Part shown: piece by piece, positions 1 through 6,159 of the stretch | Layout of the letters: each line of letters begins with the position of its first letter | Position numbering within the stretch: the first letter of the stretch is position 1 | Assembly: GCA_041613315.1 (NCBI GenBank) | Contig: JBFJHJ010000048.1 | Span: 1 to 11,350, forward strand | Direction: 5' to 3' | Source: Gemmatimonadales bacterium | GTDB lineage: Bacteria; Gemmatimonadota; Gemmatimonadetes; Gemmatimonadales; GWC2-71-9 | Length of the DNA stretch: 11,350 nucleotides | Notes under the pieces: model-generated | Database searches by the model: none | The model's input: only the letters and a program-made list of their open reading frames with translations | Told to the model about the DNA's origin: nothing | Program-made: the position numbers and the translations under genes

Positions 1-725
1 AGGCGGGTGATCTCGTTGACCGACCGTCCTTCGTCATGGAGCGCGCGCACGCGGTCACGCAGCGACACCAGGTAGTCCAGCTTGGCCCCGATCGCGGCCT
101 TGCCGTCGGTCAACACGCCGCGATGGGCGCAGAACAGGGTGGCGAAGTCGAGCCGGAGCACGTGCCGCAGGCTCGCGATCGTCTCGTCCACGTCCTCGTC
201 GGCCCGCAGGAACCGCGGCTTGCTGGCGATGTAGAGATCGCCGCAAAACAGCCACCCGCGGTCGGGCTCCAGGTACGAGGTCGAGTCGGGCGAGTGGCCG
301 GGCGTGGGAACGGCGCGCAGCGCGAGACCGCCGTCCAGCTCCACGACCTCGGGCACCGCCTCGGGGGTGAACCGCACCGGCTTGCCCCACACCAGCCGCT
401 GATATGGGCGGAGCCGAAACCCGTCGCGCATGGGTTCGATGCCGGCCGCCGGGATGGCGACCCGGGCGTTCCACTCCCGCGCCACGCGCCCGCCGTTGCC
501 GCTGTGGTCCTCGTGGTGATGCGTGAGTAGGACCCGGCCCACCTGCCGTTCGGCCAGGAACCGCCGGACCTTGGCCCATTGGTTGGGCGGCCCGGTATCG
601 ATCACGGTCGTGCCCAGGCGGTAGACGATGCACGCCGTGCTGATCCCGCCGCCGAAGCGGCCCACCCGGAGCCCCTCGACGGTGTCGTGCGTGAACCGGG
701 GCGCTGGAAGGTGAGGGGGGGTCAC
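1..725 (-). CDS. MBL-fold metallo-hydrolase (glyoxalase II-like), 3' end truncated by window edge
   Basis: Translated by hand (not in the ORF track because it has no stop in the window). GTG at 725 gives MTPPHLPAPRFTHDTVEGLRVGRF...VIDTGPP...LLTHHHEDHSGN...TPGHSPD...LFCGDLY...FCAHRG. All MBL motifs are present (DTG, HxHxDH, GH, GD, terminal H). An in-frame upstream TGA at 753-755 limits the start. Confidence 0.92.
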   Translation of the reverse strand, partial: MTPPHLPAPRFTHDTVEGLRVGRFGGGISTACIVYRLGTTVIDTGPPNQWAKVRRFLAERQVGRVLLTHHHEDHSGNGGRVAREWNARVAIPAAGIEPMRDGFRLRPYQRLVWGKPVRFTPEAVPEVVELDGGLALRAVPTPGHSPDSTSYLEPDRGWLFCGDLYIASKPRFLRADEDVDETIASLRHVLRLDFATLFCAHRGVLTDGKAAIGAKLDYLVSLRDRVRALHDEGRSVNEITR

Positions 726-934
726 GTGAGGCAGTGAGGCCGGCGCTCGTCGTCAGGGTGCGTGCCCGCAAGGTAAGGGGCGGGCCCCGGTGGCACCAAC
801 GCGACCGCAGCGAGAGCGTCGGGCCTCGAGGAACGACCTCGGGCTGGACCGGACGGGCTGAATTGACCAGGTTAGGGGGACGACGATCGCCCGGGCGCTG
901 CCCAGCCTGTCGCCACGGGCGAGGGAGGTGCAGC

Positions 935-1183
935 ATGCGCGACGAGCTTCCGTATACGGTCGACCGCATCAGCGCCGACGACGCGGTCCTCCACGATGAC
1001 GAGCGCCGCGAAGTGCGGATCCCCCGGCGCTCCCTCCCCCACGGCCTCAGCGCGGGCACGGTGGTCCGCGTGCCCGTGATCGGCGGGCGGCCCGATTGGT
1101 CGCTCGCCCGCATCGACCGTATCTCGACCGAGCTCCGCTTCCAGGAGGCGGCGCCGAGAGTTCGGGAGCCGGGACGGGAGTGA
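935..1183 (+). CDS. DUF3006-like small protein (82 aa)
   Basis: ATG 935 follows a strong RBS, GGAGGT at 924-929. MRDELPYTVDRISADDAVLHDDERREVRIPRRSLPHGLSAGTVVRV fits the DUF3006 pattern (VDR...AVL...P...LP....G.VL). The ORF-track extension to 734 looks non-coding. Confidence 0.7.
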   Translation: MRDELPYTVDRISADDAVLHDDERREVRIPRRSLPHGLSAGTVVRVPVIGGRPDWSLARIDRISTELRFQEAAPRVREPGRE

Positions 1184-1187
1184 ACGA

Positions 1188-1224
1188 GTAAACGGCGGCG
1201 CAGGGTCCGACGCCCGCCGTTTGC
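1188..1224 (+). terminator. Hairpin just downstream of the DUF3006-like gene, possible terminator
   Basis: GTAAACGGCGG (1188-1198) pairs with CCGCCGTTTGC (1214-1224) with one G-U pair. The U-run is short (TTT). Confidence 0.4.
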
Positions 1225-1249
1225 CCCGGCCCGGCACCCCGTTTACACT
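1221..1249 (+). promoter_or_regulatory. Putative sigma70 promoter for the FKBP gene
   Basis: TTGCCC (1221-1226), a 17-nt spacer and TACACT (1244-1249), about 110 nt upstream of the FKBP start. Confidence 0.6.
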
Positions 1250-1356
1250 TCCCCACCGATCCAGCCACTGACCGGTGACGGCGGCCCGGGATCCGCCCGG
1301 GCCCCCGCCGATGCATGCCGCCGCTCTGCGGCCGCCCCAACCCAAGGATGAATGGA

Positions 1357-2052
1357 ATGCGATCCCACCGTACGATGCTGACGTTCGCTTGCGTCGCGCT
1401 CCCCCTTACCGCGTGCGGCGGGGGCGGCACGCTCGCCACCTTCCAGGACAGCGCGAGCTACGCGATCGGCATGAGCATGGGCAAGTCCCTCGAGCCCGTC
1501 CAGGACTCGGTGCGTCTCGCCCGCGTGGTCCAGGGGCTGATGGATGCCGCCGTCGAGGGCCGCGAGCCCAAGCTCGCGGAGCGCGAGTTGAGCGCGATCC
1601 TCGGCCGCTTCACCACCGAGATGCGGGCGGCCGACGCCACGGCGCGCGATTCCAAGGCCACGAAGAACCGCACCGAGGGCGACGCCTACCGTGAGAAGAA
1701 CATGGCGCGCGCGGGCGTGACGACCACGCCGAGCGGCCTCCAGTACGAAATCCTGACCGAAGGGACCGGCGCGCGGCCCACGGCGACCGACCGCGTGCGG
1801 GTCCACTACCGCGGTACGCTGGTGGACGGCAAGGAGTTCGACAGCTCGCACGAGCGGGGCGAGCCCGCGACGTTCGCGGTGAACGGGATCATCCCGGGCT
1901 GGGGCGAGGCGCTCAAGCTGATGCGCGTGGGCGGCAAGTACCGGCTCGTGATCCCGCCCGAGCTGGGGTACGGCGCGCAGGGCGCGGGCCGCGACATCGG
2001 CCCCGACGCGACGCTCATCTTCGAGGTGGAGTTGTTGGAGATCGTGAAGTAG
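1357..2052 (+). CDS. fkpA: FKBP-type peptidyl-prolyl cis-trans isomerase (FkpA/Mip family), lipoprotein
   Basis: FKBP_N region (SASYAIGMSMG) and FKBP_C region (SGLQYEIL, VRVHYRGTLVDGKEFDSS, IIPGWGEAL, IPPELGYG, LIFEVELL). Signal peptide ends in lipobox LTAC. ATG 1357 was chosen from AAGGA at 1344-1348; alternative starts are 1348 and 1375. Confidence 0.95.
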   Translation: MRSHRTMLTFACVALPLTACGGGGTLATFQDSASYAIGMSMGKSLEPVQDSVRLARVVQGLMDAAVEGREPKLAERELSAILGRFTTEMRAADATARDSKATKNRTEGDAYREKNMARAGVTTTPSGLQYEILTEGTGARPTATDRVRVHYRGTLVDGKEFDSSHERGEPATFAVNGIIPGWGEALKLMRVGGKYRLVIPPELGYGAQGAGRDIGPDATLIFEVELLEIVK

Positions 2053-2069
2053 AACCGTCGCAGCCCGCG

Positions 2070-2123
2070 TTCCCCTCTTCCTTCCGGGGTGAGGGATGGG
2101 GAGAGGGGGACCGGGGGCGAGGG
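2070..2123. repeat. REP-like palindromic element between convergent genes
   Basis: TTCCCCTCTTCCT (2070-2082) pairs with GGGGAGAGGGGGA (2098-2110) and is followed by GGGGGCGAGGG. This resembles the widespread CCCTCTCCC..GGGAGAGGG..GGGGTGAGGG extragenic repeat. Single copy in this window. Confidence 0.55.
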
Positions 2124-2124
2124 C

Positions 2125-2961
2125 TTATCGCTCCGGCGCCGCCACGACCCTATTCCGAAGCACCCCCACGCCTTCCAGCTCGACTTCCACCACGTCGTCC
2201 GGTCGCATCGTTCGCGTGGTGCCCGGCGTGCCCATGAAGATCACGTCGCCCGGCAGGAGCGTGACGTAGCGGCTCACGTAGCTCACGATGGCCGCCACGT
2301 CGAAGATCAGGTCGCGCGTCCGCTCCGATTGGCGCACCTCGCCGTTTACCCGGGTCTGGAGTCGCAGGTCGTCGTAATCCAGCCCGCGCACGATCGCGGG
2401 GCCGATGGGCCCGAACCCGTCGGACGCCTTGGCGCGGAACCACTGGAGATCGTCCCGCTGCCACCCGCGCTCGCTCACGTCGTTCCCCGCCGTGACGCCG
2501 AAGACGTAGTCCCGCGCCTCCGCGACCGACACGTTCCGCGCCCGCTTGCCGATCACGACCACCATCTCGCCTTCGTAATGGAGATCGGCGGCGTCGGCCG
2601 GGATCACGATGTCCGTGCCCGTCCCCACAATCGACGTGGGGTACTTGGCGAACAGCCCGGGATACTCGGCCGGGGCGCGGTCGCCCAGATGGCTCCGGAA
2701 GTTCAATCCCACCGCGATCACCTTGGACGGCTCGCACGGCGCCAGGAGCCGCACCGCGGTGAGCGGCACCCGCCGGCCCGTGGCACGGTGCTCGCCGAAC
2801 AGGTCGCCGGCCAGCTCGCGCACGGTCCCGCCCTCCAGGATGCCGTACGCCGTCCGGCCCTGGTAGGCATAGCGCACGTAAGCGGTCGGGCTCTGTGCCG
2901 GAACAGGCGTCGCGACCGCCAGCAGAGCAAGCGTCGTGATCACTCCGGTATGACTGGTCAT
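2125..2961 (-). CDS. Fumarylacetoacetate hydrolase family protein (N-terminal DUF2437-like region plus FAH domain)
   Basis: Motifs PSKVIAVGLNF, HYEGEMVVVIG, NDVSERGWQ, KASDGFGPIGP and LLPGDVIFMGTP. RBS GGGAG lies shortly upstream of the ATG on the minus strand. Confidence 0.95.
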   Translation of the reverse strand: MTSHTGVITTLALLAVATPVPAQSPTAYVRYAYQGRTAYGILEGGTVRELAGDLFGEHRATGRRVPLTAVRLLAPCEPSKVIAVGLNFRSHLGDRAPAEYPGLFAKYPTSIVGTGTDIVIPADAADLHYEGEMVVVIGKRARNVSVAEARDYVFGVTAGNDVSERGWQRDDLQWFRAKASDGFGPIGPAIVRGLDYDDLRLQTRVNGEVRQSERTRDLIFDVAAIVSYVSRYVTLLPGDVIFMGTPGTTRTMRPDDVVEVELEGVGVLRNRVVAAPER

Positions 2962-2998
2962 CGCGGGGCTCCCAGGTCGAGGTCTCGGAACAACGCGC

Positions 2999-3490
2999 TC
3001 AGCGCTCGAGGTAGCGCGCCAGCGCCTGCCAATGTCGAACGTCCCAGTACTTCTTCGCCGCTGCCGACGTGGACGGCAGCACGAACACGGCGCTGTCGCC
3101 CAGTCGCTCCCGCACCCGTCCGTAGCCGACCCGCGTGCGGCCGAGCCCAGCCTTCGCCGCGTTCTTGCCGTTGAACGCCACCACGCGCGGCGCGAATCGC
3201 AGGATCTTGTAGCGGAACCCGTGGACGTCGTACGCCTCTACCGGCAGCTGGGCATCCGTGCCCGACGCCCGTTTGACCACGTCGGTGAGCCCGATACCGA
3301 AGTGCGTCACCTCGCGGAATTCCTCGGGCGCCAGCTCGCGCCGCGTGAGCCCCACCGCGTGCAGCACCGGCCAGAAGCGGTTGCCGGGGCCGGCGTAATA
3401 GCAGCCGCGCCGCGCGGATTCGGGGCTCGCCGCGGTGCCGCAGAAGACGACCGCCAGGCCGGGTTCCAGGATGTCGGGGAGCACCGCCAT
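2999..3490 (-). CDS. mug: G/U mismatch-specific DNA glycosylase (UDG family 2, Mug-like)
   Basis: MAVLPDILEPGLAVVFCGTAAS..YYAGPGNRFW..GIGLTDVVKR..AFNGK..VLPSTS. ATG 3490 gives 163 aa, a typical Mug length. The ORF-track extension to 3682 overlaps the divergent gene. Confidence 0.93.
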   Translation of the reverse strand: MAVLPDILEPGLAVVFCGTAASPESARRGCYYAGPGNRFWPVLHAVGLTRRELAPEEFREVTHFGIGLTDVVKRASGTDAQLPVEAYDVHGFRYKILRFAPRVVAFNGKNAAKAGLGRTRVGYGRVRERLGDSAVFVLPSTSAAAKKYWDVRHWQALARYLER

Positions 3491-3629
3491 CCGGGAAGCG
3501 TGGCTCGCGGGGGCTCCGGCGGCAAGCGGGTGCCGGTGGGGGCGCCCCAGGGAGCAACCGCCGGGGGTCCCGGGTATCAGGTGCCACGGACCCTCGTGTG
3601 CACGGACACTCGACCGGAGGTCACTGCCT

Positions 3630-4178
3630 ATGCACCGTCTCGCCTTTGCGTTGCTTGTCACGTCGGCCGCCTCCTGTTCCACCTTCGCCGACCCCCCGCT
3701 CCCGGCGGACCAGCGGTTCCTATTCGAGGTGGAGTACGTGAACTACGCCTGGGGCTTCTCCTGGCACGGCACGGTGATCGACCGGACCGGCGTCGTGGCG
3801 CGGTACGACCTGGGCGATGGTGAGCCCTGGCCTCATAGCGACAAGGAAACCGTCACCGAGGCGCAGCTCCTCCAGAAGTACAACCGCGGCCGCGAGGTCG
3901 TGGGCCAGGTGGACCGAGGAGACCTGCTCGACGCGTTCGGCCTCGTCGGCACCGCGGCGCGTGGCGAGCTCGAGGGCCCGCTCGACCGCTGCCGGGACGC
4001 TGGTGGCTTGAGCTTCCGCGCGTTCCAGTACGATCCCGTGACCGAGTCGTACCATCCCGTTCTCCTGCGCACGGAGGGCGATTTCGCGTGGCGGAACCGG
4101 GCGGCCGCCGCCACCACGCTGTACCGTTGGCTGGCCGAGGTCACCAAGACGAGCGCCGACGGCGGCTGCGCCCCGTAG
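3630..4178 (+). CDS. Hypothetical lipoprotein (182 aa)
   Basis: RBS GGAGGT at 3616-3621 and ATG 3630. Signal MHRLAFALLVTSAAS-C with a lipobox-like end. Globular-looking sequence (FEVEYVNYAWGFSWHGTVID...CRDAG). Family not recognised. Confidence 0.8.
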   Translation: MHRLAFALLVTSAASCSTFADPPLPADQRFLFEVEYVNYAWGFSWHGTVIDRTGVVARYDLGDGEPWPHSDKETVTEAQLLQKYNRGREVVGQVDRGDLLDAFGLVGTAARGELEGPLDRCRDAGGLSFRAFQYDPVTESYHPVLLRTEGDFAWRNRAAAATTLYRWLAEVTKTSADGGCAP

Positions 4179-4453
4179 CGGCCGCCGTGACCCGTCGCTC
4201 ACCACCACTACCGGATCGGTCCGTTTCCCCCTCCTGGCCCCGGCCCGGCGACCATGCGTCGTCGCCGCTCGAATCCCGACACTTGCCGGCGACGCCGCTC
4301 GGATGTCCCAAATCCGACCCCTCGTGCCCCATGACGGGCCTGTCGGCGGCTGGGACGAGTGCGTAGCTAGAGAAGCAGTCCACGCCGCATCGCATCTGAC
4401 CCCGGGGTTCCAGCTCGCCGTGGGGTTCCCGCTCCTTGAACCGGAGGACGGAC

Positions 4454-6097
4454 ATGGTCATGCCCCGAAGCGTCCTGGTGTGCACCGCCATCAGCCTCAC
4501 GATCGCGTGCGTCGACTCGTCCGGCGGGGGGGGACTCGCGGACGAGGGCACCTGCGCCGGTGTGTTCCCGAGCTACTGGCAGGACCCGGATACGACGTTC
4601 CGTCCGATGTGGCGCGGCCAGACGATCAGCAATACGCCGCCCGAAGGGTGGAGCGGCCCCGTGTTCCGACTGAGCGACGCCTATCCGACCGAGCGGCAGG
4701 ACGACGCTGCCGCCCAGCCGTGGCGCAACGCCCGCTTCGACGCGCTCTTCGACCCCGCGACCGACCCGGCCACCAAGACGGCGCTCGCCCGTGACTACGC
4801 GTGGGCCGTGATGCGGTACATCCAGGACGGCAACATCGGGAGCCGTGACGTGACCGCCGACTGGACCCTGTGCAACAACCCCGTCCGCCCCTGGTTCCAC
4901 ATGCCGTTCCAGACGTACGACGTGATGAGCGGGCGTGAGTTCGCGCATGGCCTCACCCGCGAGGCGCCCGTCGCCTTCAGCGTGAAGGCACCGGGCCACC
5001 CGGATGCCAGCATCACGATCAACGGCACGATGTGGGCCGTGGGGTTCTACAACGCCACGGGCGCCTATACGATCGGGCGCGTGTGGAAGCCCGACGGTCG
5101 GGCCGAGGTGCCCACCGACAATCTGAGCTTCGATGAGGGCACGGTCGTCGGCAAGCTGCTGTTCAGCACCGCCACGCCGGCGCAGCTGCCGATGCTCGCC
5201 AACATGCCGGCCTGGCGGGCGAACATCTCCGACCCGGCCTTTTGCGCGTGCGACGCCGGGCCGGGGAAGAAGTGCACGATGATCGAGGAGAGCCAGCAGT
5301 GTGCGCGCAGCAGCGATGCCTGGGGCCCCGTGCGGTTGTTGCAGTTCGACATCGCCGTGAAGGACCACCGGGCGCCGGTCACCGAATGGGTGTTCGGCAC
5401 GTTCGTGGCCGACGGTCAGCGCAAGGCGGGGGAAGCGAATCCGTGGAATCGGATCTCGCCGCTGGGCCTGATGTGGGGGAATGACCCGCCGCCGGCGGGC
5501 GGGCTGGCGAGCGCTTACCCCGCCGATCCGCGGCAACACGGCTTTCCCGGTGCGGTGATCTTCTGGGAGACGGTCGACATGCTGAATGCCGCGGGTGGAG
5601 CGATCGCGTCCAAGCGGCCGGGCCACTTGGGCTGCAACAACCGGCTGAACGGGCCGGCGGACAACGCCAACAGCTCGTGTCTCTCGTGTCACATGACCGC
5701 CTCCGTGCCGGACCGGCAACGGCACACACCACCCATCATCGCGCAGTTTCAGCGCGGCATCACGCACGAATGCGTCACGCCTATGGCGTCGCGGCCGGAC
5801 AGCGGGACCGATGCCACCGGCGCGCCAAGCACCGTGCGGAATGGCATTCCGTTCTCCGGAATGGACAGCCTCTTCTTCGCCAACATCGCAGCGGGCCAAC
5901 CGGTGAACATGACGTGGCGGGGCAGGAACGTCATTCCGCCGCCCGAGTACACCGCGGGTCGTCCGACGGCGTGGCGCGCGCTCGACTTCTCGTTGCAGCT
6001 GTCGGTCTCGCTCACCCAATGGAAGGAATGGCAAGACGATCAGGCCGGCTCCGGGCAGGCGCCCCGGGTGTTCACCGGACTGCTGCCTGCCCGCTGA
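4454..6097 (+). CDS. Large monoheme c-type cytochrome lipoprotein, cytochrome P460-like (547 aa)
   Basis: RBS GGAGG at 4443-4447 and ATG 4454. Lipobox TIA-C. Single CxxCH (CLSCH, 5678-5692). P460-like motifs FDEGTVVGK (5129-5155) and DIAVKDHR...WVFGTF (5348-5404). The CDS itself is secure; the P460 fold is inferred. Confidence 0.75.
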   Translation: MVMPRSVLVCTAISLTIACVDSSGGGGLADEGTCAGVFPSYWQDPDTTFRPMWRGQTISNTPPEGWSGPVFRLSDAYPTERQDDAAAQPWRNARFDALFDPATDPATKTALARDYAWAVMRYIQDGNIGSRDVTADWTLCNNPVRPWFHMPFQTYDVMSGREFAHGLTREAPVAFSVKAPGHPDASITINGTMWAVGFYNATGAYTIGRVWKPDGRAEVPTDNLSFDEGTVVGKLLFSTATPAQLPMLANMPAWRANISDPAFCACDAGPGKKCTMIEESQQCARSSDAWGPVRLLQFDIAVKDHRAPVTEWVFGTFVADGQRKAGEANPWNRISPLGLMWGNDPPPAGGLASAYPADPRQHGFPGAVIFWETVDMLNAAGGAIASKRPGHLGCNNRLNGPADNANSSCLSCHMTASVPDRQRHTPPIIAQFQRGITHECVTPMASRPDSGTDATGAPSTVRNGIPFSGMDSLFFANIAAGQPVNMTWRGRNVIPPPEYTAGRPTAWRALDFSLQLSVSLTQWKEWQDDQAGSGQAPRVFTGLLPAR

Positions 6098-6159
6098 GAC
6101 AGCGGCGCCGGCACCGGGCCGCGGAGCCACGTGACCTCGATTCAGCTGGGAGGACGGCC

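Noticed and set aside
791..809. TGGCAC as a possible sigma54 -24 box (also TGGGACG near 4351)
   Set aside because: There is no GC dinucleotide at the required GG-N10-GC spacing in either case.
3552..3578. GAGCAACCG shared upstream of the 3630 lipoprotein and the S8 gene (7853-7861), a possible ECF sigma -35
   Set aside because: The two sites have no matching -10 element, and a 9-bp match alone is too weak.
6102..6122. GC hairpin between the cytochrome and MCO genes as a terminator
   Set aside because: It is short, bulged and has no U-tract. At most it is an mRNA-stabilising structure.
4367..6130. 587-aa minus-strand ORF, and similar long antisense or off-frame ORFs (55-1113, 2089-3174, 6142-7113, 8006-9466, 9252-10598)
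   Set aside because: They are Arg/Gly/Pro-rich, lack recognisable motifs and overlap well-supported genes. These are typical shadow ORFs of high-GC DNA.
5677..6159. N-terminal extension of the MCO ORF overlapping the cytochrome gene (possible fusion or frameshift)
   Set aside because: ATG 6160 has its own RBS and Tat signal, the extension looks non-coding, and the upstream gene ends cleanly at TGA 6095-6097.
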